A stretch of DNA of 64,000 bases from Candidatus Latescibacterota bacterium (GTDB taxonomy: Bacteria > Latescibacterota > UBA2968 > GCA-2709665). The translations under genes were made by a program, and so were the position numbers. Shown one piece after another: positions 9,430-19,368 of this stretch. The stretch is taken from NCBI GenBank assembly GCA_965226795.1, contig CBDDDZ010000005.1, positions 896,001 to 960,000 of the forward strand. The letters run 5' to 3'. The notes below the pieces were generated by a model, which did no database searches, was not told the DNA's origin, and worked only from the letters and a program-made list of their open reading frames with translations. Numbering within the stretch: the stretch's first letter is position 1; each line of letters begins with the position of its first letter.

Positions 9430-10182
9430 ATGTTCGGTCCGTTTGTTGTATTCGCGTTGCGGGCGCCGTTACAGGATGAGCGCTGGCGGCAAAAGGTCCT
9501 GCTGGGTGGTTTGCTGTCTCTGCTACCGAGTCTGGCATTGCTGCTCGCCGTCTTTATGGCGCTGGGAAAAGTCTCCATCATGTTTGCGCCCGTGGCGGTC
9601 GTTTTCTTCGTGTTCCCGACACTCGTTTGGTGGGGGTATGTCTATCGTGTCTTTGTAGACGCGTTAAACGGTCTGGAATTCCGCCGAATGCCGGAGTGGG
9701 GCGCGTGGAAGCAATACGCGGGCGTGGGGGTCCGGCTGGGAGTGATCTATCTGGGATATCTGTTCCTGGTCGGCCTGGGAGCACTTGCCGTGATGGCAGT
9801 TCTGGGACTGGTTCCTCCAGGAGAAGATCCGACCCGGCTGAGCGCGATCACGTTGCTGCTGATTGGCACCGCTATGATGCTATACGGGCTCCTGCCAGTC
9901 GTTTTTGCGCGGTTTGCCGCGGAGGGAAAGATATGGGCTTCGTTCGACCCGGGCGCGATCCTTTCGGACATTCGGCGGGTGATCCGGGGCGGTCGGTACA
10001 CACAGGCGTGTCTTGCCTTTTATCTCTCTTACGGGTTGCTGTTTCTCCTGAATGTGATACTGGCCGCCGTACCGCCGGTGGCCATGTTTGTTCTCTCGGT
10101 TGGCTCGTTTTATCTGATGGTGGTGTTCGCCTGGGTCTTCGGGTGGCTGATCGGGGTACGGGGTGCGGATAATTCCAGGTAA
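9430..10182 (+). CDS. Multi-pass membrane protein, DUF4013-like
   Basis: W-x-x-KVLLGGLL, GYVYRV, MPEW-x-x-W pattern and several hydrophobic helices. Confidence 0.65.
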   Translation: MFGPFVVFALRAPLQDERWRQKVLLGGLLSLLPSLALLLAVFMALGKVSIMFAPVAVVFFVFPTLVWWGYVYRVFVDALNGLEFRRMPEWGAWKQYAGVGVRLGVIYLGYLFLVGLGALAVMAVLGLVPPGEDPTRLSAITLLLIGTAMMLYGLLPVVFARFAAEGKIWASFDPGAILSDIRRVIRGGRYTQACLAFYLSYGLLFLLNVILAAVPPVAMFVLSVGSFYLMVVFAWVFGWLIGVRGADNSR

Positions 10183-10345
10183 ATCGCAGCGGAGCGGGTA
10201 CCTCTATGGCGTCGGTCTTGAATGTGGAGTTTAAGGCAGGAGGGCCCGTGACCTGCTGCTGATCGCGGAGCGTTTAAACCGGTACCGATGGCTGCCTCAA
10301 ATCTGGGTGAGGTCAAACTCCGATGAAAGGAGCCGAGAGAAGAGA

Positions 10346-11260
10346 TCATACCTGTGCCCATGCCGCGTCGAGTACCCTTTTGGCGTTTGCGATGACGATT
10401 TCAGGTGATTCACCCTCCATTGGAGACACCTCGAAGCTGAGAATGGGGCGCTTCTCCGGATCCAGGAATCCAATGTCGAGCAGTTCGCTGAGGAATTCAA
10501 CGGCTTCCGGTACATCGTTCTCGCCGTCCTCACAACCGAAGCGTGGGTGGTTGTCTCCGTAGGCCGGATGATCGGGATTTCGCATCACACAGTTGCCGAT
10601 ATGGGCATGAACCAGGTGGTCGCGAGCAATTCGCAACGCATAGTTCGAGGTCTCGCCCTGCAGGGGAAAATGACTCAGGTCCAGCATTAATCCGAAGTTT
10701 GGATACTCTCGCCTCACCCTGGAAGACACGTCGACTGCCAGGGCATTCGGGCCTACGAGACAATTCTTGCCGAAGGGCAGACGGTCGAAAGTCTCCAGAA
10801 CCACGCTCATGTTCCTGCCTGCTGCATCGTCGCAAAGGCGATGTAGCGAGTCGACCAGCAGGTCCACGCCCCGCTCGCGGGCTTCCGGGCCGGGATCGGT
10901 GCCCGAAAGCAGCGCAACCCCGGGGGCCCCCAGTGCTTCCGCCTGATCGATGCCGGCTTTGACCGCGTCCACGGCGTGGAGCCGGTGGCCCTCGTCGGAA
11001 GCGTTAATGTCCAACTTGCCGCCAAGAAGAATGGGTTGGGCGCCGAACGCCACATCCATATGGGCGGCCTCGAGCAATTCCGCGGCTTCCGCAAGCACCT
11101 TCCCGTCCTTCATGTGGGTGACTTCCACAGCCTGGAAATAAGGGTCAAGCGCGATTTTTTCAAGTGTTTCAAGAATCGGTCCTTCGCCGCCGATACAGGA
11201 CTTGTAGGCCATAAAGTGGACGATGCCGATTCGAGCATAATTCTGAATGGGTTCGGTCAC
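10346..11260 (-). CDS. Sugar phosphate isomerase/epimerase family TIM-barrel protein
   Basis: Metal ligand motifs LETFD, LDLSH, HAHIGN, SFEV; start re-called to GTG 11260 after AAAGGAG. Confidence 0.8.
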   Translation of the reverse strand: MTEPIQNYARIGIVHFMAYKSCIGGEGPILETLEKIALDPYFQAVEVTHMKDGKVLAEAAELLEAAHMDVAFGAQPILLGGKLDINASDEGHRLHAVDAVKAGIDQAEALGAPGVALLSGTDPGPEARERGVDLLVDSLHRLCDDAAGRNMSVVLETFDRLPFGKNCLVGPNALAVDVSSRVRREYPNFGLMLDLSHFPLQGETSNYALRIARDHLVHAHIGNCVMRNPDHPAYGDNHPRFGCEDGENDVPEAVEFLSELLDIGFLDPEKRPILSFEVSPMEGESPEIVIANAKRVLDAAWAQV

Positions 11261-11423
11261 AACAGGGACTCCTTTCTTACCTGGCGAATTTGCTGTTCCG
11301 AAATGCGTGGAGGGCAATTGGGAAAACGGGAATGGGAAGCAGATTCCCACTAGCGCCTACACGGATAGAGAAAGGTTCGTCGGGATATCCGAGCGTCATC
11401 GGCCCTGGTGGAATTCCGGGGGC

Positions 11424-11452
11424 AAAATACGCATTCATACCTGTTTTGTCAA
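11424..11452 (-). promoter_or_regulatory. sigma70-type promoter for the isomerase gene
   Basis: Minus strand TTGACA (11452-11447), 17 nt spacer, TATTTT (11429-11424). Confidence 0.55.
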
Positions 11453-11474
11453 TTGACAAAACGCACTTTTCCGC

Positions 11475-11503
11475 TTGACTTTCCGGGCGCCGGCCTGTAT
11501 TAT
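11475..11503 (+). promoter_or_regulatory. sigma70-type promoter for tRNA-Tyr
   Basis: TTGACT, 17 nt spacer, TATTAT. Confidence 0.65.
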
Positions 11504-11528
11504 TTCTGCTCTGATTTTCATTGCGCGT

Positions 11529-11614
11529 GGGGAGGTACCCAAGCGGTCAACGGGGGCAGACTGTAAATCTGTTGGCTGACGCCTTCGGTGGTTCGAATCC
11601 ACCCCTCCCCACCA
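11529..11614 (+). tRNA. tRNA-Tyr(GTA)
   Basis: GGGGAGG/CCTCCCC acceptor stem, CTGTAAA anticodon loop, long variable arm, GTTCGAATC, encoded CCA. Confidence 0.97.
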
Positions 11615-11632
11615 CCATATCACGGGCTATGC

Positions 11633-11660
11633 GCCCCTCCTTCAACAGGAGGGGCTTTGT
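11633..11660 (+). terminator. Hairpin terminator after tRNA-Tyr
   Basis: GCCCCTCCT/AGGAGGGGC stem followed by TTTGT. Confidence 0.6.
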
Positions 11661-11812
11661 CGTCTTTATGGAACTCCGTTGCCGGCCTGAATCGAGGTCA
11701 GGGAGTTTGCCCGTCGATGTCTGCTGGCGAGTCTCGCGCATCCCGTGGTCGGTCGTTCTGGAGATGTGGATGTTTTTCTTGAGTTTGCGAACACTCTTTC
11801 TTAAGAAAATTC

Positions 11813-11841
11813 TTGACATCGATACGTGTATGTGATAGCTT
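11813..11841 (+). promoter_or_regulatory. Promoter for tRNA-Gly/Thr-rpmG-tRNA-Trp-secE-nusG
   Basis: TTGACA, 17 nt spacer, TAGCTT with an extended TG. Confidence 0.65.
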
Positions 11842-11911
11842 AGTAAGTCTGGAAACTTTCGTTGCCGGCCCCTTTGCATGTCCGGCCCGAAAGGAGTCGT
11901 TTTTCTTATCT

Positions 11912-11988
11912 GCGGGAATAGCTCAGTTGGCTAGAGCGTCAGCCTTCCAAGCTGAATGTCGCGGGTTCGAGTCCCGTTTCCCGCTCCA
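11912..11988 (+). tRNA. tRNA-Gly(TCC)
   Basis: GCGGGAA acceptor, TCAGC-CTTCCAA-GCTGA anticodon arm, GTTCGAGTC, CCA. Confidence 0.97.
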
Positions 11989-12042
11989 ATTTCCAACGGG
12001 GTGCGTTATCAGCCCTTGTCTGTCGTGTAGACAGGGTACAGG

Positions 12043-12118
12043 GCCCATGTAGCTCAGTCGGTAGAGCACCTCCTTGGTAAGGAGGAGGTCACCGGTTCGA
12101 GTCCGGTCGTGGGCTCCA
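12043..12118 (+). tRNA. tRNA-Thr(GGT)
   Basis: GCCCATG acceptor, CCTCC-TTGGTAA-GGAGG anticodon arm, CCA. Confidence 0.97.
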
Positions 12119-12140
12119 ATAAAACGTTCTGTCACCGTCA

Positions 12141-12293
12141 ATGCCCAGAGATCTCATTACATTGGCCTGCGCCGAATGCGCGCGTCGGAATTATACGGCG
12201 AAGAAGAATCGCCGTTTGCACCCGGATCGCGTCGAATTCAAGAAATATTGCAGGTTTTGCCGAAAACATGCTCTGCACCGTGAGACTCGCTGA
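12141..12293 (+). CDS. rpmG: 50S ribosomal protein L33 (zinc-binding form; not in the ORF track)
   Basis: Hand translation [50 protein letters not shown]. Confidence 0.95.
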   Translation: MPRDLITLACAECARRNYTAKKNRRLHPDRVEFKKYCRFCRKHALHRETR

Positions 12294-12325
12294 GTTTCAG
12301 GATTTGCTGTCGATTTATTGGGGTT

Positions 12326-12401
12326 AGGGCAGTAGCTCAATTGGTAGAGCACCGGTCTCCAAAACCGGTGGTTGCGGGTTCGATTCCTGCCTGCCCTGCC
12401 A
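12326..12401 (+). tRNA. tRNA-Trp(CCA)
   Basis: AGGGCAG/CTGCCCT acceptor, CCGGT-CTCCAAA-ACCGG anticodon arm, CCA end. Confidence 0.97.
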
Positions 12402-12564
12402 TTTTCCTCCGAAACAGACACCAGACCCGCGCCTGAGTTACGCAGGTTTTTACGGGAGCCGGGTTTCTTTTACGAATCCCCATCAACCGACGTCGATTTC
12501 GGCATGCGCGAGCCCACTCTCGGGCTGTTTCAGGTGTTGGGGCGTTTCCCTGGCGGTATACCCG

Positions 12565-12750
12565 ATGTTCGCGAAGGTGGCGCAGTTAATTAAAGACGTT
12601 CAGCTTGAAATGGGAAAGGTGACCTGGCCGACCCGAGATGAGCTGATCGCTTCCACAAACATCGTGCTGGTGGTTTCGCTGGCGCTTTCCGTCTTTATTT
12701 TTTTCGTAGACTTCGTGCTTTCGCTGGTCCGCAGGTTTGCGATGGGCTGA
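12565..12750 (+). CDS. secE: Preprotein translocase subunit SecE
   Basis: EMGKVTWPTRDEL plus a single TM, upstream of nusG. Confidence 0.95.
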   Translation: MFAKVAQLIKDVQLEMGKVTWPTRDELIASTNIVLVVSLALSVFIFFVDFVLSLVRRFAMG

Positions 12751-12784
12751 CGGCCTCAGTCTATTCAACAGAGAGTGATGCCCC

Positions 12785-13324
12785 ATGGCAATGCGCTGGT
12801 ACGTCGTGCATACCTATTCGGGACACGAAAACAAGGTGCGTTCCTATCTCGAAAGTGCCAAGGAAGGCACCGAGATTGCAGACAGGATCAATCGGGTCGT
12901 GGTTCCCACCGAAGAGGTCGTCGAGATGAAGGACGGAAAGAAGACAACCTCCTTCAGGAAATTCCTGCCCAGCTACATTCTGGTCGAAATGGAAATGGAT
13001 AAGGAGACCATGCATTTTGTAACCAATTTGCCGGGCGTTACGAGCTTCGTTGGACCGGGAAAGCGCCCGCAGCCGCTTCATGAAAAAGAGGTAGAACACG
13101 TGCTGGGTCATGTGGACCGGCGTCAGGTTCAGGACGATCAGCAAATTCCCTATCAGGTCGGGGATCGGGTCAAAGTGATCGACGGTCCCTTCAGCGAATT
13201 TATCGGGATGGTCGACGTCGTGAACCCCGAGAAGAGAAAGATCAAGGTGATGGTAAGTATATTCGGCAGGAACACGCCTGTGGAACTGGATGTCCTGCAG
13301 GTCGAAGAGGCCGTGGAAGGGTAA
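12785..13324 (+). CDS. nusG: Transcription termination/antitermination factor NusG
   Basis: [14 protein letters not shown] motif [21 protein letters not shown]. Confidence 0.97.
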   Translation: MAMRWYVVHTYSGHENKVRSYLESAKEGTEIADRINRVVVPTEEVVEMKDGKKTTSFRKFLPSYILVEMEMDKETMHFVTNLPGVTSFVGPGKRPQPLHEKEVEHVLGHVDRRQVQDDQQIPYQVGDRVKVIDGPFSEFIGMVDVVNPEKRKIKVMVSIFGRNTPVELDVLQVEEAVEG

Positions 13325-13328
13325 CGCA

Positions 13329-13754
13329 ATGGCAAAGAAAATAATGACAACCATTAAACTGCAGATTCCGGCGGGCCAGGCGTCCCCCACGCCGCCGGTC
13401 GGACCGGCGCTTGGCCAGCACGGTGTCAATATTATGGAGTTCTGCCAGGCGTTCAACGCACAGACCAAAGATAAGCAGGGGTTGATTGTTCCCGCGGTCA
13501 TTACCGTGTTTGCGGATCGTAGTTTCTCCTTCATAACGAAAAGCCCGCCCGCCGCGGTATTGCTGAAACGGGCCGCAGGACTGGAGAAGGGGTCGCCCGA
13601 ATCCAATCGAACCAAGGTCGGAAGTGTCAAGCGGGATCAGGTTCGGGAGATTGCCGAGATGAAGATGGAAGATCTGAATGCCGGCAGCCTGGAAACCGCC
13701 GTACGCATGATCGAAGGAACGGCCCGCAGCGCCGGTATTACTGTCGAGGATTAG
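13329..13754 (+). CDS. rplK: 50S ribosomal protein L11
   Basis: [18 protein letters not shown]; start ATG 13329. Confidence 0.97.
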   Translation: MAKKIMTTIKLQIPAGQASPTPPVGPALGQHGVNIMEFCQAFNAQTKDKQGLIVPAVITVFADRSFSFITKSPPAAVLLKRAAGLEKGSPESNRTKVGSVKRDQVREIAEMKMEDLNAGSLETAVRMIEGTARSAGITVED

Positions 13755-13767
13755 GAGGACAATCATT

Positions 13768-14466
13768 ATGGCGAGGCGTAACGGGAAGCGTTACAAGGCG
13801 GCGCTTTCTCAGATTGATCGACGCGCGCAATATTCCATCGAAGATGCGATAACGCTGCTGAAAGACATGCCGGCGCCGAAATTCGATCAGACGGTGGAAA
13901 TGGCCATGCGTCTGGGCATTGACCCGCGCCAGGCCGATCAGCAGGTCCGAGGCACGGTGATGTTGCCGCATGGTCTTGGAAAGACGATTCGCGTCGTCGT
14001 GTTCGCCAAGGGTGAACAGGCGGCGGCAGCAGAAGCGGCCGGTGCGGATGTTGTGGGAGCCGACGACCTGGCCGAACGAATCAACGGTGGATGGACCGAT
14101 TTTGACGTGGCCATCGCGGCGCCCGACATGATGAGCGTTGTCGGACGTTTGGGAAGGATTCTCGGCCCCCGGGGTCTGATGCCCAATCCCAAGAGCGGTA
14201 CAGTTACCCCGGACGTGGCGCGGGCAGTGGGAGAGGCGAAGGCGGGTCGCGTGGAGTATCGCGTAGACCGGAACGGAAACGTTCACACGCCCGTGGGCAG
14301 GATTTCGTTCGATGAAAGCAGATTGGTTGAGAATGCCCGAACATTGTTCGATACAATCGTACGTGCGCGTCCATCATCTGCAAAGGGGCAGTATGTCCGG
14401 TCGGTCACCCTGGCCACCACCATGGGCCCGGGTGTCCGGGTCCATCGATCCAGCGTGACGAACTGA
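13768..14466 (+). CDS. rplA: 50S ribosomal protein L1
   Basis: [22 protein letters not shown]. Confidence 0.97.
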   Translation: MARRNGKRYKAALSQIDRRAQYSIEDAITLLKDMPAPKFDQTVEMAMRLGIDPRQADQQVRGTVMLPHGLGKTIRVVVFAKGEQAAAAEAAGADVVGADDLAERINGGWTDFDVAIAAPDMMSVVGRLGRILGPRGLMPNPKSGTVTPDVARAVGEAKAGRVEYRVDRNGNVHTPVGRISFDESRLVENARTLFDTIVRARPSSAKGQYVRSVTLATTMGPGVRVHRSSVTN

Positions 14467-14498
14467 CGGCGAGATTCCGCTCAACGGAAGGGAAAAGG

Positions 14499-15035
14499 AT
14501 GCCAACGGCTGGAAAAATTAGCGCAGTTGAAGAGTTGACCAGTCTGATGAGCAGGTCCCAGGGATTCTATCTGGCCGACTTTACAGGTCTCAATGTCCCC
14601 GATGTCACCCGACTGCGAAAGCGGCTGCGCGACGAGGACATAACCTATAGGGTCATCAAGAATCGCCTGGCGTTGTTGGCAGTAAAAAATGCGGGGATCG
14701 ATGGACTGGAAGGGGTATTGCAGGGGCCAACCGTGCTCGCGAGTTCCGAGACCGATCCAGTCGCGGCGGTGAGGCTGCTTCACGAGTTTGCGGCGAACGC
14801 CAACGGCCTGCCAAGGGTCAAGGGCGGTTTTGCGGACGGTCGTGTCTTTAGAGGGGATCAGCTTGAGGCGCTTGCCCAGCTTCCACCGAGGGAAGTGCTT
14901 TTGGGGAAGGTGGTCTCCTCAATTCAGAGTCCATTGAGTGGTCTGGTATTCTGTCTGGGCGGCTTGCTTCAAAACCTGGTTCTGGTTCTGAACGAAATTG
15001 CAAAGAAGAAAGATGAAACCGGGGTCGAAAATTAG
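14499..15035 (+). CDS. rplJ: 50S ribosomal protein L10
   Basis: [21 protein letters not shown]; position after rplA. Confidence 0.95.
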   Translation: MPTAGKISAVEELTSLMSRSQGFYLADFTGLNVPDVTRLRKRLRDEDITYRVIKNRLALLAVKNAGIDGLEGVLQGPTVLASSETDPVAAVRLLHEFAANANGLPRVKGGFADGRVFRGDQLEALAQLPPREVLLGKVVSSIQSPLSGLVFCLGGLLQNLVLVLNEIAKKKDETGVEN

Positions 15036-15094
15036 ACATGCCGGAGCATCTTAAACCGTTTCAATCAGCAGGATTAGACGTATGGAGGACATCC

Positions 15095-15469
15095 ATGGCA
15101 ATTGCAGACATTATCGATGAGATCGAGAAGCTTTCCGTTCTGGAACTGGCCGAACTGGTCAAAGCGCTCGAAGAAAAATTCGGCGTTAGTGCCCAGGCAA
15201 TGGTCGCCGCGCCAGCGGCCGGCGCCGGCGCCGATGGAGAGGCTGAGGAAGAAGAACAGACGGAATTCGACGTGGTATTGAATGCCTTCGGCGATAAGAA
15301 GATTCAGGTCATTAAGGTGGTACGCAGCGTCACGAGCCTGGGCCTGAAAGAAGCCAAGGAACTCGTCGACGGTGCGCCTCGCAGTGTGAAGGAGGGCGTC
15401 TCCAAGGAGGAGGCCGACCAGATCAAAGCCGAGCTGGAGGAGGTAGGGGCCGTGGTTGAAATTAAATAG
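15095..15469 (+). CDS. rplL: 50S ribosomal protein L7/L12
   Basis: [27 protein letters not shown]; start ATG 15095 after GGAGG. Confidence 0.97.
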   Translation: MAIADIIDEIEKLSVLELAELVKALEEKFGVSAQAMVAAPAAGAGADGEAEEEEQTEFDVVLNAFGDKKIQVIKVVRSVTSLGLKEAKELVDGAPRSVKEGVSKEEADQIKAELEEVGAVVEIK

Positions 15470-15530
15470 CCGCACCACAGCTTAACCTGCATTCCTGCCT
15501 TCTAACATCGGTCGATTTCACCAGAGGAGC

Positions 15531-18500
15531 GTGATCATCTTGGCGAAAAAAGGACTTATAGACAGGAAATCTTACGGAAAGATCGCTTCAGCCATCGAAA
15601 TGCCGAATCTTCTGGACATCCAGATTGATTCTTACAACTGGTTTTTGCAAAAGGATGTACCGCCTGGCGACCGCCGCAAGCAGGGCCTCCAGGCGGTTTT
15701 CCATAGCATCTTTCCAATCAGCGACGTTCACAGGCTTTTTTCACTCGAGTTCGTCGACTATTCCATTGGCACACCCAAGTACGACGTGGGTGAATGTCTG
15801 GAACGCGGGACAACCTACGCGGTCCCTCTGCGCGCCACGCTGAGGTTGATTTCCCGAGAAAAGCAGGACAACAAAGAGTTTAGGATCAAGGATATCGTGG
15901 AACAGACGGTATTCCTGGGTGAACTGCCGTTGATGACGGACGAGGGGACGTTTGTCGTCAACGGTTCCGAGAGGGTGATTGTAAGCCAGTTGCACAGGTC
16001 TCCCGGTGTCTTTTTCGACGAAACCATTCACCCCAATGGTAGGCGGCTTTTTTCCGCCCGGATCATTCCGTACAAGGGCGCCTGGCTGGAGTTCAGCCTT
16101 GACATAAACGATATTATGTACGTGCATATCGACAGGAAACGGAAGCTGCCGTTTACCACGTTTTTGCGCGCGCTGGGTTTCAGCCGTAGCGAAGAAATTC
16201 TAAGCCTTTTTCACGAGAATACAACTGCGAGGGTCGACGAAGAGCTGGTGGGCGCCATAGCAATGGAGGACGTGGTCGACAAGGGAACCGGCGAAGTCAT
16301 TGTCGAGACCCATCAGACAGTGACGGACGAACACTTGCAGGCTCTGAAAGATGCGAAAGTCAACAAGCTGACCGTACTCGACGTGAATATTGAGAACGAT
16401 GGAGGGGTGATAGCCAATACACTTCAGAAAGATCCTTGCGATAACGAAGAAGAGGCGCTCTCCCGAATCTACAATCTGCTGCGACCGGGTGATCCGCCGA
16501 ATCTTGAGACTGCCCGCGGCCTTCTCGAACGCCAGTTCTTCAGCCCCAAGCGTTATCAGCTGGGCGAGGTCGGACGTTACCGCTTGAATCAGCGGTTGAA
16601 TCTCAACGTTCCTCTGGAATATACCACCCTGAGCATCGAGGATTTTCACCGGGTAATCCAATACCTGATACTCCTCTTCAAGGGCGAAGGCCATACCGAC
16701 GACATCGACCATCTGGGCAATCGACGCATCCGGACCGTGGGCGAACTCCTGTCCTATCACTTTTCGACCGGTCTGGTCCGAATGGCCCGGACGATCAGAG
16801 AGCGGATGAGTCTCAGGGATGTGGAGCAAATTACGCCGCAGGATCTGGTCAATGCCCGGACGGTTTCGACGGTGGTTCAGGCCTTCTTCGGAAGCAGCCA
16901 GCTTTCCCAGTTCCTGCAGCAGACCAACCCGCTGGACGAATTGTCCCATAAGCGACGGCTGTCGGCTCTTGGCCCTGGCGGCCTGACTCGCGACAGGGCC
17001 GGATTCGAGGTGCGCGACGTTCACCATACCCACTACGGGCGAATTTGTCCCATCGAAACGCCGGAAGGTCCCAATATCGGCCTCATAGCCAATATATCCA
17101 CCTACGCCAAGATAAACGCACTGGGATTTCTGGAAACGCCCTACAGAGTTGTGAAAGATGGAAGGGTTACTTCAAAGATCGAGTATCTTTCCGCGGATGA
17201 GGAAGACAAACACACCATCGCCCAGGCAAATTCAATGCTCAACGCCGACGGGCGATTCCAGGATTCCGCGGTCCAGGCCCGGCGGCGAGGCGATTTTCCG
17301 GTTGTAGCACCTTCGGAAGTGAACTATATGGATGTTTCCCCGTGCCAGCTGGTCAGTACGGCGGCGTCCCTGATTCCGTTTCTGGAGCACGACGATGCCA
17401 ACCGCGCCCTGATGGGCTCCAATATGCAGCGGCAGGCCGTGCCTTTGCTCCGAACGGAGGCGCCGTTCGTGGGTACCGGAATGGAACATGCGGTCGCCGT
17501 GGATTCCAAGGCGGTCGTAACGGCGAGGAGTCCGGGAACGGTCTCCTACGTGAGCGCGGACAAGATTGTGGTCAAACGGCGCAAGGGCCGCGACGTCGAG
17601 ATGATTGACCTGTTCGATGAAGATGTCTACCGGCTAATCAAATTCAAGCGGTCGAACCAGGATTTCTGCATCAGTCAGAAGCCCCTCGTGCAGGTCGGCG
17701 ACAGGGTTGAAGCCGGAGATCTCCTGGCCGACGGCTGCGCTACGGACCGCGGGGACCTTGCCCTCGGAGCGAACGTGCTTTGTGCGTTCATGTCGTGGAA
17801 CGGGTACAATTTCGAAGATGCGATCATTGTGTCGGAGCGGCTGTCGAAGAAAGATATTTTCACTTCGATCTCCATAGAGGAATTCGAGCTCCAGGTGCGG
17901 GACACCAAGAGAGGGGTCGAGGAGATAACCAGGGAAATTCCGAATGTCAGCGAGCAGGCGGTTCGCAACCTGGATGAACGGGGTATCGTTCGGGCCGGCG
18001 CGGAGGTGACGTCCGGAGATATTCTCGTGGGTAAGGTGACGCCCAAAGGAGAAACCGAACTCTCGCCTGAAGAGCGCCTCCTGCGGGCAATTTTCGGAGA
18101 GAAAGCGGGAGACGTCAGAGATGCGTCCTTGAAGGCGCCGTCCGGAATGGACGGGGTTGTTATGGACCGAAGGGTTTTTTCACGAAAAGACAGGGAAAAA
18201 ACCCGACAGTCGGATAAAGAGAAGACTGCCACTGTCAAGAAACAGGTCCAGGAAAAAATCAAAGCGATAAAGGCCAGCCGGGACGAACAGGTGGTGGAAC
18301 TGCTGCGGGACAAAAAGGTGAACCAGTTGCAGCAGACCGCCGATGGTTCGGTGGCGGCTCGATCCGGAAGGGTATTCGATCAGAAGTTCGCCGAAAAGCT
18401 CGACTTGGATGTCGTACGTCCGGACGAAACCTGGGTCGACGACGCCAAGACCAACCAGAAGGTCGACCGCATCATCGAACTGGCTGAGAAACTGATCCGG

Positions 18501-19307
18501 GCTGCGGAAAACGAACTGGAGCGAGAACTGGAGAAAATCGCGCGGGGCGATGAACTGCCGCCGGGAATTGTACAGCTTGTTAAAGTTTATATCGCACGAA
18601 AGCGCAAGCTGATGGTCGGCGACAAAATGGCCGGACGCCACGGCAACAAGGGTGTCGTTTCAATAATCGTACCTGAAGAGGATATGCCGTATCTTCCCGA
18701 CGGCACCCCGATCGATATTATCCTGAATCCGCTGGGTGTGCCTTCCCGTATGAATCTGGGGCAGATTCTCGAGACCCACCTCGGTTGGGCGGCTCAGGCG
18801 CTCGATCTACACGTCTCCTCGCCTGTCTTCGACGGCGCTACATTGGAGGACATCAAGTCGGCGTTGCGCCAGGCCAGCCTGCCGGAAGGCGGGAAATCCG
18901 TGCTGTACGACGGAAAAACCGGAAGGCCTTTCGACAAAAAGGTGATGGTGGGGTACATCTATATGTTGAAGCTGTCGCATCTGGTCAGCGACAAGATCCA
19001 TGCCCGATCCATCGGACCCTATTCGCTGGTCACGCAACAACCCCTTGGCGGCAAAGCGCAATTCGGCGGCCAGCGGTTCGGCGAAATGGAGGTCTGGGCG
19101 TTGGAGGCCTACGGCGCCGCCTATATGCTGCAGGAGATGCTGACCGTCAAGTCCGACGATGTTGCAGGTCGTTCAAAGATCTACGAAGCGATCGTAAAGG
19201 GTGAGAATCCACCTGAACCGGGGGTTCCTGAATCCTTCAACGTGCTGGTGAAGGAATTGCAGAGCCTCTGTCTGGACGTGATCCTGGAGAATGGTCAGGG
19301 CGGGTAA
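15531..19307 (+). CDS. rpoB: RNA polymerase beta subunit
   Basis: [31 protein letters not shown]. Confidence 0.99.
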   Translation: MIILAKKGLIDRKSYGKIASAIEMPNLLDIQIDSYNWFLQKDVPPGDRRKQGLQAVFHSIFPISDVHRLFSLEFVDYSIGTPKYDVGECLERGTTYAVPLRATLRLISREKQDNKEFRIKDIVEQTVFLGELPLMTDEGTFVVNGSERVIVSQLHRSPGVFFDETIHPNGRRLFSARIIPYKGAWLEFSLDINDIMYVHIDRKRKLPFTTFLRALGFSRSEEILSLFHENTTARVDEELVGAIAMEDVVDKGTGEVIVETHQTVTDEHLQALKDAKVNKLTVLDVNIENDGGVIANTLQKDPCDNEEEALSRIYNLLRPGDPPNLETARGLLERQFFSPKRYQLGEVGRYRLNQRLNLNVPLEYTTLSIEDFHRVIQYLILLFKGEGHTDDIDHLGNRRIRTVGELLSYHFSTGLVRMARTIRERMSLRDVEQITPQDLVNARTVSTVVQAFFGSSQLSQFLQQTNPLDELSHKRRLSALGPGGLTRDRAGFEVRDVHHTHYGRICPIETPEGPNIGLIANISTYAKINALGFLETPYRVVKDGRVTSKIEYLSADEEDKHTIAQANSMLNADGRFQDSAVQARRRGDFPVVAPSEVNYMDVSPCQLVSTAASLIPFLEHDDANRALMGSNMQRQAVPLLRTEAPFVGTGMEHAVAVDSKAVVTARSPGTVSYVSADKIVVKRRKGRDVEMIDLFDEDVYRLIKFKRSNQDFCISQKPLVQVGDRVEAGDLLADGCATDRGDLALGANVLCAFMSWNGYNFEDAIIVSERLSKKDIFTSISIEEFELQVRDTKRGVEEITREIPNVSEQAVRNLDERGIVRAGAEVTSGDILVGKVTPKGETELSPEERLLRAIFGEKAGDVRDASLKAPSGMDGVVMDRRVFSRKDREKTRQSDKEKTATVKKQVQEKIKAIKASRDEQVVELLRDKKVNQLQQTADGSVAARSGRVFDQKFAEKLDLDVVRPDETWVDDAKTNQKVDRIIELAEKLIRAAENELERELEKIARGDELPPGIVQLVKVYIARKRKLMVGDKMAGRHGNKGVVSIIVPEEDMPYLPDGTPIDIILNPLGVPSRMNLGQILETHLGWAAQALDLHVSSPVFDGATLEDIKSALRQASLPEGGKSVLYDGKTGRPFDKKVMVGYIYMLKLSHLVSDKIHARSIGPYSLVTQQPLGGKAQFGGQRFGEMEVWALEAYGAAYMLQEMLTVKSDDVAGRSKIYEAIVKGENPPEPGVPESFNVLVKELQSLCLDVILENGQGG

Positions 19308-19368
19308 GATCTCGTAGTGGGGTCATCTTTTTTATTCGGAAAACGATCGCAAAAAGGGGGTAAGGCCC

